Shown here: positions 1 through 15,100 of the stretch, piece after piece | Numbering within the stretch: position 1 is the stretch's first letter | Layout: the number at the start of each line of letters is the position of its first letter | Origin: Botryllus schlosseri | Taxonomy: Eukaryota | Direction: 5' to 3' | NCBI GenBank assembly: GCA_051294905.1 | Contig: CM119383.1 | Coordinates: 9,920,001 to 9,984,000, forward strand | Length of the DNA: 64,000 nucleotides | Made by a program: the position numbers and the translations under genes | Notes under the pieces: generated by a model | Databases searched by the model: none | What the model was told of the DNA's origin: nothing | Seen by the model: the letters and a program-made list of their open reading frames with translations, nothing else

Positions 1-176
1 TCACGGATCCTCGAAGCTTGGAATCGTGAAGGGTTCAGTTTTGCAATAACGTTACATATAGCCTATAAATACCAACTTGTGCTTTTCACAACTGTGAGCT
101 ATAGCGTAGAGCCAGTTTTCTTATGTAGCTCGCGGTTAATATATCATTTTGATATCAATGCTACATTACTTTCCAG

Positions 177-3100
177 CGGATGACTCCTTAGTTATATGGA
201 CAAGCTACAACTCAACAACTGAAAGCACTCATTTACTCAAAGTTCACGTGAGTAATAATTACAGTTGTTGTAGTCATAGGCGAACGCAGAAGATGATCTA
301 GTAACCCCATTGCAAGCAATCACTGTAATTATCATATGTCATATATTGGAAAGTAGCCCAACTATTATGTTACATCTCTGGTAATATAGGTATGACGCTA
401 AAGTGTCCTCGACGTGTCACTCAGACATCGTTCGCTAATACCCAGGTTCCTTCGTCGTGAGACTTGATATATTTTATTAGTATGTAGTTCTTTCAGAAAA
501 GTATAGGCTATAATGTTATTGCCACACTCATCCCTCTAATATTCTGTATGAAAAATATTTGCCATTTACCCAATAGCAAAGACTCATAAATCTACCATCT
601 ACACGTCGGTATGTTTATCCAAGACTGTGCTCTCACCCACAATAGCTTATTGTGCTATTTATGTTTTAATGATTTACTATACTTATTAGTTAGGAAAGCC
701 GATTTTATCATGTGAAAATGGGGCTCTGCTAAATGAAGATACAGAAAAGTAATGGTTTCATTAACACATGAGCCGCGGGTAGCTAGCTATATTTACCCAT
801 TCACCATCTTCGTCAGTTGCGTCACATTGGGATTCCCTAACGTCACTGTATATCGTTAAAAGTTTTTCCAACTTCCATATTTTCATCCTGATTGACCCAT
901 GAACATGAAAACTGCGGAACAACATACATTTTAGCAATTCTAGAAGGAATACAAGATGAGTGGGTAGTTACAAATTGGCGTGAGCCAGGGAAAAGGTTGT
1001 GTTAACATGATTTTACAGCACATTTTAAAACTCTTTGTAGCGAAAGGGTAATTTTCCATGCGATTTTTCTTCAGGCCGATCCGGAAGTTGTACGGCAAGT
1101 AACTGATTCAAACGGGTCATTCAGCGTTAACATTTTGACCGGGAGCAACCAGACCATGACTGAATATTGGGCGTTGGCGGCCCATTATCACAAGGAGCTT
1201 TTGTATTTCACCGACTACAGGTATCATTCATACAACTGCGCATTTCCTAATAGACAGAGACAATTGGGTCTTGGGTACTTCGAAAAAACGGTAGTAATTC
1301 GTTACTGACCAGTGACCACCACCGCGAATACAACACCTAGCTAAACTGGTACCATCCCTATCTACAGATCAGAATACGTCGCCGTGTGGGATATGAAAAA
1401 GAACGCGATGACCAAGTATTTCGAAGGCATGGCGCATGGAATCGAGTGCCTTGCGTTCGACTGGAAGACAAATAATCTGTACTGGACCGACTCCGAGTTT
1501 AAATGGGTGATGGCCGCAGACGACACCTTCAAATATTACGCGCCGGTTTACAGAACGGCTCCAGCTCCCGCATACGGATTGGCCATTCATTCGGCTAAAA
1601 GGTTTGCAAATTACAGCACAGTTTATGCGCTTACTGGGTGGAGGCTGTAATGTGTACGTTTACCAGAAGTCAGAGTACTCACCGCTGGTACTCAATCAGA
1701 AAAAGAAATAACGCCGTGAGTTTCCATTCTATTTAAAGTAGAAGTAGAAATTCAAAGACACGTCAAAGCTTCTTCAATAGTAAGTAAAAAGAAGAGTTCT
1801 AAAAAGTGCTCAAAGATGTAATTTGAGAAAGTAAATTTGGTCTTGGGTTGACATTACTTTAGCGGTTAACTGAAGTTTTCGAAATTGCAGGTGTATCTTC
1901 GCGGCTAACGCAAAACTACAGATGACCATGAGTTGGTCAATGTAGCCATCGTTAGTACAGAAATAGAAGTAGAAGCAATGTCGTAAAATTCTACTCAAAT
2001 ATAGGCATAAGTAGCGATTTCAAAGTAACCGAAAAAGTACCGTTAGGTATTCAAAAACTAATTTTGCTTAAAAACTCTAAACTGTTGAGTAGAAATATCT
2101 AGAATTAGTCTAATATCATAACCACTTGACTAAGCAGTGCCAGTAGTCAAAATCTACTTGAGTATTACGAAAAACTAGAAGTACTTCGTTACTGACCACA
2201 AATGCTAATGACACTGCACAATAGGCCTGTTAAAGAATTACTCTTTTTTCAAATTTCACCGGCTACCTGATATAATTGTTAGGTTAACTTTAAAAAATAC
2301 CTTCACGCCAAATTTGGTTCAATTCCAATCTGTTTTGGGTTTGGATGAAATAGCATTTACCGTGGCTATTTCTAATACTGGCCACCGTAAACACTTATTT
2401 ATTCAAATGTGAAATTATCTACTGCAATAACTTCGCATCCGCTGGTTGGAATGGATCCAAATTTGGTGTGCATCGTTTCTCTATGCTAGGCAGACTAACA
2501 ATTTCAGGGGGTAAACAGAAAAACTTGAAAAAAGCCTTTCTTTTTTATATAATAGATCCAAAACATTCTCCTCTTATAGCGATGCAGCTACAGGTCGGAT
2601 TTGGGCCAAATTTGGAGTGCATCGTTTTTTTTTTTGGCCAAACTAACAATTTCGTCAAGTAGCCAGTGAAATTTGAACGAAAAAGTCATTTTTGAACACC
2701 CCTACTACACATAGGTAGAATATTCGAAAATATATTCAGTTACCGTAATACATGGTTCATTGTACGCGATTATTATGACAGTTTCACTCAGAAAAGTGAT
2801 TGTCCCAACTTATCCCAATGCTACTTTTTACATTTTATAATCCAAATCGTTAAATATCAGTAGTTTTGCTCAAACACTGTTCAGGTAAACGTTGAAGTAA
2901 TCTACCAACATAAAAATTTGAGCAAGTCGCGCAAGCAGGCAAAACCTGACCACCTCTGAATTTTACAGATACCTCATCTTTTCTACCTACAAGGCTCTCG
3001 GCTCGAAAATCATCAGGACAGACCTGGCGGGACAAAATGAGACTGTTCTTTTCAAGTTTCCGAGCATATTTGATGTCACGGGGCTTGCCATCGACTACAC

Positions 3101-6100
3101 GGACGACAGGTATTCTTCTAATCCTCGAGTCTGTTTTCTGTTATTCTGCGCTCGAGTTCGAGGCTTATGTAATTTCTCGATATTGATGCTGGATACGTGT
3201 TTATACCAGATTAAATTGCCTGATCACGATTCAACCCATGGCCGTCATTATGTAACCGTATAAGGATGGTATAAATAAAGTTGTTGTGTACAGACATCAC
3301 CAAGTAGCAGATTTATGTAATCAAACCGTACGCTACCAGTATAGAGTCGCTCACCAGTTGTAGCTTATGATTAAACTCGATTCCGGCAAATTCTGTGATT
3401 ACGCAAAACCGGTTACGTAACAAATCTTTGGGGCCATGCTTTGGCTCAATCAATACTATGTGTGATAAATGTAGTGATCAAGGGGGGAGGGGCGCTAAAT
3501 CAAGCTATAACCAATACCATTTCGGAATTACAGCTGGATACTTATGCATCGAGACCTTGCACCATCCCCTTATCACCGATTTTTTTTAATCAAAAAACGG
3601 CTAGGTCTGACAATTTAATGTCGTACAGGCTCTATTGGACAGATTTCACCGGTTACGGTGGTATGATAGTGAGCGCACGTATGGATGGGACCAACAGGAC
3701 ACAGCACAATTACAGAGGCGGTTCAATATATTGGGGAGTTGCACCATATATGGTAATAACTTGGTCACTATACAACAATGTCCGAGTAAATGCCACGTTG
3801 ATCCATCTGTTCAGGATTATCTTTACGCCAGCGATGTTCATGCAAGATACAGCGTCAGTGGGGATCGGCATTATACAGTGTGGATAATAAGGAAGATCTC
3901 AAATCAAGTATACCGATACACTTTGGGCGGTAAGCCGCGTGGCATCGCCGTGTACAGTCACAACGAGGAATACTCTATTGACACTTGTGAGTTTTTTCAA
4001 CTATGAATGACCGCGAATTACCTGTTATACTGAATATCTACATTGTATATCTAGCGTCGAAGATAGGGGAATGTAACTCCGACTTCGAATGCGACCATAT
4101 CTGCCTACCTAGTATCAACACCGCCAGGAAATGCGCGTGTTCCTTGGGTTATCACCTTGACACAAACACCAATAAGTGCATACCTCGTAAGGTTCTATAC
4201 GCTGTTGAAGTACATCTTATATCTCACTTTAACATTTTCGCGCAGAGCTCGTGAAAGACAACTTCCTTCTGGTGGCTGATGCAGGACAGGGAAAAGTGTT
4301 TCAGATACCAATTGTGACTAAAAAAGACGACAAGAATATCACCCAATACAGCATTGTACCTATCGGTGAGCTTTGGTCGGTCGCTACTCTTGTACGGTGG
4401 TGGTAAAAAGATCGAGATATATCTCCGCCGCGATTATTCATTAGTCCATGCAGGCGCGTAGCCAGGGGGGGGGTCGAAACATACTCCTTTAGAAACGCGA
4501 AACCCCCTCCTTCAACGCGAAACCTCGCCCTATTTACATGACCGCTCTGACGCTAATACTCGGTTGCAATTCAATAAGTCGTATTATCAGTATTGCGCGC
4601 GGCCAATTGACGAAAGGCGCGGCCAATTAACGAAAGGCGTGTTGCTAATTAGCGAGATTCCGAGCGCATTGCACTGCACAATGTAACGCGACACGATCTC
4701 CCGGTGAGATGATTGCGAAATCAGGTCATTCAATGTCGCGCGTTCGGCAATCATTACTAGCCTGATTTACCCCGTCTCCAACAAGCCTAATTCCGCTGGC
4801 TTGAATAATCACATCTGCAATAGGCCCTGATGTGCGCACGATATCGTCACTGGCCTTCTCAATCACATCTGCATTGGCTTGGTGTGCACGATATCTTCGC
4901 TGGCCTACACAATCGCATCTGCAATAGGCCTAGTACTAAAGATATCGCTAGCCTAACTACCGCGTCTTGGGCCTACCATGCTTTGGCTCCTATTTCTCGA
5001 TGGCTTGGATAAAATGCTATTAAGTATATGCTGATTAGCGATTGTGATTAACGTAATTGATTTCCACTAGTCTTTAGTTATAGTCCAGTAGGGTTGAGTT
5101 ATAAAAGAGGTAAGGTTTGAACCACCTGAAATCGGCGTCATTATAGCACGGATAAAAACTCGTACATTTTTACTTGCGCAAATCTCGATGCTACGTAAGA
5201 CGCAAGACGCATTGATGAACGGGCGTATTTAATCAGTGTTGCCACTCTAGGTTCATGGAAAAACACAAGATTGTGTCGTGAAAAAACACTAGATTAGCAA
5301 AAAAAACACTAGATTAGTAAATTGCAGTAAAAATTTGCCGTTGCCAAGTAATCATAATGACCAAGGTACAAATCCATAGATAAGAAGTGTTCCACAGATG
5401 AATTCGATACATATGTATGATATACTGCATGATTATTCAACAAAAATTAATGAAACGAGTTCAACAGAGTAGGCCTACGGTAAGAAAAAAATCAACTATT
5501 GTCGGTTTCATAAAAATTATCAGCATCGGCATCATAAAAATTATCTTTCGATTGTACACCATCGACCAAACATAGGTATCTTTTGTGTGGTATCTTACTC
5601 ACTACCGTACATCTTCAACCAAACAATGGGGATGAGTTGTCCTTGTGCAGCATACTTCATTTCCATGCATGCAGCGGAATGTGGCAATGCCAAGAGATTA
5701 TTCATGAGCTTCCCCAGTAAAGGGAATTTTGATTCACCGAATCCATTGTGAACATATTTCAATTTTTGCCAAAATTCTGTTGGATGTCATTGACTGATTA
5801 GCTGCAGCTCATTTTGCGAATTTGCGAAAGAAGCCCATTTTTCCGACAAATCAGTTCATCAAATTCATAGAGGGAAATTGGACAGCTAGGGGAACGACTG
5901 AATTTATTTTCTTTGTGTTGACAATGCACAATGCTGTTAACGGATTCAATAAACTCAAGTACGAAAGTATGCTGCCTCGGCAAATGAAAATCTTTCATAC
6001 CTGCTAAACATGTCCATTCCCATTACACGAGATCCTCGTCTAAAGGAAACATCTACTTACCCCCACCCAATAGCAACCTAACTAAGAGATCTATCGACTA

Positions 6101-9100
6101 CTCGGGACCTATCACCTGGAATGCATTACCACCACATATCCGTGAATTGCCTTATAATAGATTCAAAAAAGCCCTACTTGATCACCTCTTGTCGTTACAC
6201 TAACACTGTTGCCCTACCTCGCCCAGACAATGCTTCATTGATCATTTGCTACTATTGTTTGATTTTTTTTCTATTTTCCTTTCTTAACTAAACATTTTTT
6301 TCAGCCAGACTGTTCAGAGTCAAGTGTACCTGTTTGATGCTGGTGTGATCAGACTAGATGACCTTCACGGTCATATCGATCATTCCTATCTAATACCGAA
6401 TACTGTGCACGCATATTTTCTGTACCACCATCACTGCCGTTTGTTATGTATTTTGGTTTGATGAAAATAAAGACTCTCTCTCTCTCTCTCTTTCTCGAAT
6501 CTGCAGACTGAGTTCAACAAGAAACGACATAACATTGGGGTGAAATCGCTCTTCATTTTTTCCGAGACATTCGCTCATAAATACGGATTCACAGCGCACC
6601 CTGCTACGTAATAATTGCTTGTTACTGCACCACCACATATAACTGTTGAAAAACACAGCCAGAAACGCCAAATAGCCTTATTAGCGATAAATTTAGCATT
6701 TAATTTAGTAGTCTAATGTTGGAATAATCCTTGTTCGCACAATTGCAGAAAAACACTAGATTAGCAAAATTGTGCGAAAAAAAACACTAGAACACTAGGA
6801 CGACCGAAAAAACACTAGATCTAGTGTTAAAACACTAGTAGTGGCACCACTGTATTTAATTGTTGGACGCTTTGATAAGCGCGCGAATTTAATTGTTCAC
6901 GACAGATCTGGGGAGTCGCTAATTAACGGCACTTCCAGACTCGTCGACAAGCTTATCATCTGCCTATAATCGCGAACACGGGGATGTTGTATAATCGTTA
7001 TTTACGCATCGCATGTACTTAACCCTAATGAATCGATGCTACGTTACTAAATTCGAAAAAAATCGAACCCCCCTCTTTTATTTCAAACCCATCCCTTATT
7101 TTCGGCTGGCTACGCGCCTGATTGTCCATGCGATGACGTCATATTTTGTGATACGATTGTTGATGTACAATGTTCTTTCCAATTCCCAACTAGTTGCTGA
7201 CGATTACATCTGAAAATATCCGGGTTCATTTCGATATGAATAGGCTATACTATTCAATCGTATATATCTGTCGTTGCTGTGAATCTGGAACACCAATACG
7301 ATAATGTAACTACGTTGTGTCTCTTGTAGGTGGAAAATGGAAAGCAGCAACAGTTACTGTAGATCCCAGCCAAAAATACTTGTACTGGTCTGACAAGAAA
7401 GAGTCGTCAGTGAGTCGTTCATCGGTAGATGGCAGCAGATACGTAAAAGTTGCGTCTTCCTACGGTAACTACATTTCTCTACCACCGTTGGTTGTCTGTA
7501 TGCTAACGTAGCAAGTACAATTGTGCGTATGCAGCAAACAGCATCATCGTCGATCCGCACACTGGATTGCTTTTCTACTCCGACAACGAGAAGGACTCTA
7601 TCATGATCGCGCAGGGCGACGGGACTTACGCGAAAACGATTGTGAAGCCGGACCCAGCCCTGAATGAAACGTCCAGCATCAGAATGATCGTCCAAGATAT
7701 CAAATACAAGTATGTCCAAAAGAACCGTTGATACTATTCTTATAATTAAGGCCTACATGCATCGTAGCCGCAGAATGAAATTGTAGAGATGATGTTCCAA
7801 TCGCAGTAATTGACCACTTGCATTTCAGTATATTATATTCGTAGCAGCACACATAGGCAAGGGTGATCGGCAAAGAGGTAGGCTACTTCCGCGCTGCCAA
7901 CTCAAGTGGTAATGCTTGTTTTAAATTCCTTCCACTACGACAGTTTTGTTAGGAAAAACTGCTATTACTACTACAACAACTTCTACGAAACTACTATACT
8001 TTTTCCATGTTGGATTTTGTGAAGCAAAAGTAATTTTGGGGTATGATCGCATCTCCGGCCCTAAATGACCATATTACGCGAAATTCCTTGAAGTTGAAGT
8101 ACAAAACTAGAGGTAGTCAAGTAGGTAGTGTGAAGAAGTAGATCGGGATGATTCGCAAGGACTTCTGCGAGACAATTCCTGGTCATCGCTTTCGAAATGA
8201 CAAGAACATTTGAGTGACTAACACAAAATGAATATTGCTGTCCGACATGGGTGCTATTTTCGAAATTACATTTTGTAACCGTGTTACAGCGTGATGCGTC
8301 GCAAGGTTGTTGAGCAAATTACACTCATCTGTTGCATTTGACAATATCTCATTTATAAATAACCAAGCAGTTGGGTCTCAAAAACTGTGAAAGTCGAATT
8401 GGAAGTATATTCTACCAACACTTGAGTAAAAAGTGGACGTATAGAAAAACGACATGAGTAGTCTGAAAGGGTCAAAGTAATTCGTTACTGCCCACCTTTG
8501 AATACAGTCTTGGTTATGTTATTATTTTTATTATTACTAGTAGTAGATTTAGTAGTAGTATTGTAAACAGTAGTAGGCCTAGTGGTGCTTATTTCCCATG
8601 AGAGACTGGTGCGTCATGGTCTGTGATTAGGCCTACTTTCTGTTATAATTTACTTTGGAACACAATTTAGCTTGGACTATACGGGCCTTGGTTACATAAA
8701 ATGAATTGCGATTAGGCAATATGTGAATTCAGGTACATTTATTGGACTGACACGTTCTCGAAAGAAGACCAAGGAAAAGTGATGAGGTGCCGATATGACG
8801 GGACTGAGAAGGAAGTCGTTTTGGACAAGTTGAACTGGCCGCACGCCATCACGATTGACTATAAAAGTAGGTATTTTATTTTTTTGTGATCTGGAAGTTA
8901 ACAAGAAACTGAGGAACACATACAGTGAGACAGAAGGAGAGAGAATCTATATGGCAGCTCATTGAACGCACGTTACTTAGTTTATTGATCATTACAAACA
9001 AGTGCGATGTGAAGTTTGTGCAGTGTGCACCTTTTTCATTTGCAGTGCAGTCACGAACAAGTCTTGAGGAAGTTATTTCGATTTCATCCCAGTGCTAATA

Positions 9101-12100
9101 ACATATTCTGTAATTAAAACTTTGTTGCTGTGCGGGCATCATACTCAGCAACCAATCTGCAGACGTAATCATACTGCGCTTTCAATTTAGCAAACCGACT
9201 CTACGTGGCCGAAGCGCGAGACGCCATGATCTACGAAGTCGAGCTGTCATCCCTGACGAAGATTAACAACACCTCGGCGAAACAAAAGACCATCAAGCAG
9301 TACGATGTGTCTACTTACATCTCCAGAGTAAGCCCGTATATCATTGAGTAAGTCACTGCGGCTGCTGAGATGTAAAAACGAGAGAGTTACCGGTACCTTT
9401 TCAACAGCCTGAAGATTCACCTTGACATGGCTTACGTGGTCGATGGCAAAAGCAGTCGACTGGAACGGTTCAATCTCAGCGAAGGCGTTACGTCCATGAC
9501 ACCGTTTGGACCTGCCGAGTTTTTTAGAGTTACGACCGTTTCCGTATTCAGCGAAACGTTTTACTCCACTTACATCAGTAAGCAGGTTTTACATTCAGTA
9601 ACAAGCTCCCGTATATGAACTCTGTGCGTCTTCAGAACCGGTGCGAAATCCCTGCGCGAAAAGCGAATGTCGCCACATGTGCATTGCGTTGAGCGACACG
9701 GTAACCAAGTGTATCTGCGCGGATGGGCATGAACAACTGGGAAATAACTGCATTCGCGACACGTCTCTGGATACAAAAGGTTGGTGAATGAACATAACAA
9801 TATCAGCCAATCTGTTTTCAATGTCACTATAGTGTTATCGGCTGTTAAGTCCTGCAATGATATGATGATGTAATGGTTGGATCAGGTACCGGACATCACC
9901 AGACGTAGTCAATAACGAAGTAGGCTACTTCAAAGTTTTCGGATTACTTGAGTAGATTCTGCTTACTTCTATTAGGGCTAGTCTCAATCTCTCAATGCTC
10001 GGATCATAACCGAGGATCAATTTTTTGAGTACTAAAATTATATGGTTTTAGCCACGATAGTTAATTTATCTACCATGATTAATTTTTCACCTGAAAATTG
10101 CTACACTTCTGCTTGAGTACCAACGAGGCAACGATGACTATACTTTGGTCACCGCTGCTCAAAACGATTTTAAAATTCGATTTCGTAGATACTAGCGCGC
10201 CCGAACCGCAAAACTGCCCGGATGACGTCGAAATATCTCTACCGACTTGTTCCGCCACTACCCACCATTCTTGGACCGCGCCAACTTGGACGGATGATAA
10301 AACAGGTACGTATCCTCGAGTGAATGCGAGAAAGGTAATAAGGAAATCAAAATATACACTTTCGTTGTCAGCTGCTAATGACCTGGCGATCACGCTACCC
10401 TTGCTTACCTCTCCCGCGAAACTCGCGGTGGGCCGTTCTCAAATCACTTACAGCGCCAAGGACAAAGCGGGCAATGTCGGATACTGCGTTTTCACTGTCA
10501 ATGTTATAGGTAATGAAATTGTACCAGATTTACCAGTCATTGATATCCCTGTGCCTACATGGGTAATGCAAGAGATGCCAGTGCCGGAAGATCCGATTAA
10601 GCAGGAGCTTTACCGAAACTGTGTCCTTTCCAATAATGATTAGTCAAACACTTACCGCAGTATTTCAAGCTCGTGTCACCCACGCTAAGAGCTGTACAAT
10701 ACCGTAAGCGTCCACTCTACGGTAACCAATTACTTCTAATATTTAGTAGGACTGAAGTTCGTTTTGTCAATATTTGAAGTTATAAGTCTACTTCCACTTG
10801 ACATGTTTTTAGGCAAAAATGTATACCTAGATTTATCACTTTGGGCTTTGAAAAACAGAAAGTATAGTTATGTCATACATTTCGATTACTGTGATGTTGA
10901 GATTGTTTATAAAATAACTCGTGAAATAGCTCCTCTATCATGCTAACATGATATACGTTCAAAAGATATTTATATAACGTCATTGGTTCATATTATGTTG
11001 TTCCCCAAGTTTCAACTTACGATACTGAAAGTTGCCGACGCCGATTTAGTGCTGAAAGTACGTGACCCTTCCGCCAAGACCTGATTGGTAAGACTGGTAT
11101 CCATGACTTCCCCGCTTGGTTCTGGTCATTATCGGAATAACATGAAGGGGTGTTGCAATTGCAAGACTTAGAAAACCTTACAAGGCTATATCTGTGCTTT
11201 TCTTGTCCAGAGGCATATGCACATCATGCACTCATGGTAGGGTTGCATTTAAAACAAAAATCAATTTAAAACATACATGTTTAAAACAAGGCATTGTTTA
11301 AAACATTTTTTCTATTGTTTTTTTTTTGTTGTTTTTGTTTTTCAAAGCCATGACGCCATAAATATTCAAATATGACGTCATAGTGGATTGACATACACAA
11401 TTGAAAATATAGCTCCTTTGACGAAATATCTGTACTATTGCCGTTTAACCGACTATTTTGAGGGTTCCAACCATCCCACATCGATATACGTCGGCTATAT
11501 CGGGTGGTAATTGTCCGTAGACTCATGCAACATGTTTTTTGGAAAGTATTGTCACAATTATGGCATAATTTTTTATAACCTAAAAGAAACACAAATTTGT
11601 TTTTTTCAAAGGCCTTCGTTTAATTCACTGCTTGAAACATGTTTTACACAAATTGTTTTCAAAACACTGTTTGTTTTAAATGCAACCCTAACTCATGGTA
11701 TGCATGTGTGTGCACAAATCGTCTGTATATCACGAGTCGGTGTATATGAAGCAAGAACATTAACGGCAAAATATGCAACGTCCTATTCCTACTCTACTCC
11801 TACTCGAGCAGTAACGCTGACTAATTTAACCACATTTGCAGTGATAAACAGTGTCAAATTCCGTCTGCAGATAACCAGTGCGTGGAACTGCCGAGTATCA
11901 GCAGCGATATGAAAAGCTCTAGCCCGTCGTGCGGTTACAGAGAGGGTTCCATCTTCACGGTGTCCTGCAAAGACTCGACTCTTTGGGTCACCTCGCCTTC
12001 CCTCACGCCAAACAAATACAACCAGTTCAAATCGTACGATGTCACGTGCGGAAAGGATCGCCGATGGTCGACGCTATCGTGGGCCAGTACCGCGGAGTGC

Positions 12101-15100
12101 AAACCGCCAAGTGAGTATTGATTTGTTCGTTTTGCCGGAGGTCGATCGGGAAGTGCAAATCCTGAAGTATAGCACTACACTGACATACTTTGAACAACTA
12201 TATAGTTCTAGATACCTCTTATTGTCTAATTAAACTAAAATACTTTGTGAAACGATGCTCCAATCTTAATTCTAATATAATACATGATATTCCTGAAAAT
12301 AGTACTACAATAGAAATGTACTGCTGAATAGTACTTTTATATTGAAGTCGACCCGAATTTTTTTCGGCTGACACTCGTCAGGGGTAATCGTCAGCATTGT
12401 TCTTTCCAATTCTCTACTACTTGCTGACAATCATCCCTGACGAGAGTCAGTCGAAAATATACGGGTTCATTCGAATATCAATACATACCATTCAATTGTA
12501 TATTGAAGTTCTGTACCTAAAAGAAGCTCTCTTTTAGAAATGCACTGCGCGAAACAAGCCAAGTTTATGTGATGAGGAGAAACAGTGATTTGATATGAAG
12601 TGATAGTTGTGTTTCATTTTCATTCGTTTTCAAAGTTTTCGCTTATCAAGTAGTCACAATTCTAATCATTGAATTTGGAACAAAACGGTGCAGCTATATT
12701 TATAATTATAAGTATCTAATTCTAATTCTAATTCTTGGAAAAGCTGAAAATTTGCTGTAGTTGTACAACTTTTTATACTGTAAATATATGGGTTGGAGGT
12801 TTATCTAGGCTCCTCCTCGCCATAACATCCGTGTAAGCGGTGTCTTATAAAAGCCTAGTAGTGGGTCGTGCTACAAGTCGGCATGCGGAATAAAAATTTA
12901 AGAAACTGGCCTGGTGTAAATGACCATAGTAGTCGACAAACACCACGAATATCTTAAGCAAACAAAAACATGGGTGGGAAATAGATACATTTACCAGATT
13001 TTCACCAAATCTTATAGCGTAGAGTTCAGCCATCAGGCCGCCGGCGTGTTCCGGCACCACCATTCGCTTTCACACCCATTCCGATGGGTGAAAACGAGTC
13101 ATATACCCCAACGGCTCTGGTGATATATCCAGATGTAGCGAAGTATTTCTACTTTTTCCGACGTGCTCAAGTAGATTTACCTGTAGTTGCACGACTCCCT
13201 CACGTGGTTATGATTTTAGACTTTTACTTATGCTTAACCGTTTTCGGGTGTTTAGACAAAACTCTAGGTTTGAATACTCACATTTTTACTTATTTGGAAA
13301 TTGTTATTTTACTTTGACCAATTTTTGCGCGTTGTTTGGTTGGTACACGAAAATTAGTTTATTAATTAATTAAATAATAAATTAATGAAGTATAAGAACT
13401 AATTTTAGGACCACTTGCTGAAGTACTTGTAAAATCCTTCATTTTTCACTTCTACGTAAAGTAGTTTAGGCATGCTTTGTAAATCGCAACTTGTAGATTA
13501 TGTGAGCATAAATATATTCAGGATACCTGCTATATGTTGATAATATGCGATCTGACATAGTCATTTGATTTTTATGTATGTCCGGTGTTATTGGAGGCAC
13601 TATCCCAGAATGTAATGACACCGCGTAGAAAACTGAATGCAATGTTATAGTATCAGCGGCAAAGCGTATAGCATATTTGCTAAGTTATTGGTCAGTTTAT
13701 GCATTAAGAATTATGCACTAGAATTGAAGAATCCGTAAGCACGATATATTTTTGCGATTGAATGAAGTTTCGACCCACTTATTATGTTTTAAAGCTCTCT
13801 AGTAACGTTTTGATTTGTTTTAATATATTTTTACTCCTAATATCTCTACAGCAAACGAGACACTGAAAAACGGTAATTGCCTATGGTTAATGGTGGTACT
13901 ATACATTACAGTCGGACAATTTCGTCCGCGAATAGTTCTGAACGCGCATGAGTACAGTGACGGCATGTACTTAAATTGGGTTCTGGTGATAGAGATGCGT
14001 ATCGGCTGGTGCTGAAGCAATGTTGCAATGCGTTCTGAATGTCTGTTAACGACATTTCACATCGAAAACTTTATGCCGTCACTACATTCATGGAGCGTTC
14101 GCGCCCATAATTTATCCACGTATCAATTTCCATTGTGAACATTGCTTCAGTAACCACGACGCCGGTGATTACTACAACTACCATCCAATCTACGCCGAGA
14201 GCTATCCCTGCTACTAGTTCAACAACATCACCAGCAGCTACGCCTGCTACCGAAAGGATCCCGAGCAGGCCGTCAGCTCCTCGAACTACCACGGACGCAC
14301 CAGCCACAAGAACAAAAATAGTGACGAAGAAGACCACCTCGACTCCGGCCGCCTCTACCCTCGAAAATATTAATCAAACTATGCCATTAAATGGTAATAA
14401 CTTGTTACTAATGAGGGTGATAAAGCGCACTAACTGATACCTAACGAGCGCGAATAAAACGCACGGGCGGACGCTACTTTGACGATGCATGTATTTGTTG
14501 AATAATATATCTGGATATATTGAAGTAAACCCGTCATATTTGGAGAGCCAACTGTTGATAGGCTACGATACGTGGCAGCCGTACTCTACACTGCCCCTCA
14601 CGTCAGTTGTAGTCAGATACTTTCGAATCTTATGCTTGTGGCTCTTGGCTGACGAAAATATTCGGGATTACTTCAATATGAATATATTATTCAATAGTAT
14701 ATTGAATAATATACCTCTTCTATACCTCCAAGGATCTCTGCATATATTTGTCCATGGGTGGCATGAATCTTGTGTGACCAATATAGGCTATCATAGTCAT
14801 GTTCGGGATACCCAAATATATTACATTACATGGATTCTTTTTAGTTGGAAAACAAAGCGCACCGGCGTCAGCAATGACTCCCGGTATTGTGGCTGTAATC
14901 GTGGTGTTGGTCATTGTGCTGGTTATCATTATCGTCGTCGTAGCCGTTTTCGCGTGAGTATCCCTTTCTATTGCGCTGGCGAGAATCGGCGTCGTCCTAA
15001 AAATATTTCAACCGCCACAACACAGGATTAGACGCAACTCGCCCGCGTTACTGTCGAGATACTCGTTCCCACAGTTTTGGAAGTCCGCCGACGACACAGT

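Larger units (their letters stand above)
4451..7120. mobile_element. Non-autonomous TIR DNA transposon, outer element of a three-tier nest in a receptor intron
   Basis: Perfect 15-bp TIRs CAGGCGCGTAGCCAG (4451) / CTGGCTACGCGCCTG (7120). Flanks ttagtccatg / attgtccatg are an imperfect duplication (8/10). Internal degenerate ~50-bp tandem repeats at about 4805-4950. Superfamily not determined. Confidence 0.75.

Noticed and set aside
1-32. Possible end of a signal-peptide exon of the receptor (..GSSKLGIVK G|gttcag)
   Set aside because: The phase fits but the donor is weak and the exon is cut by the window edge; not supportable.
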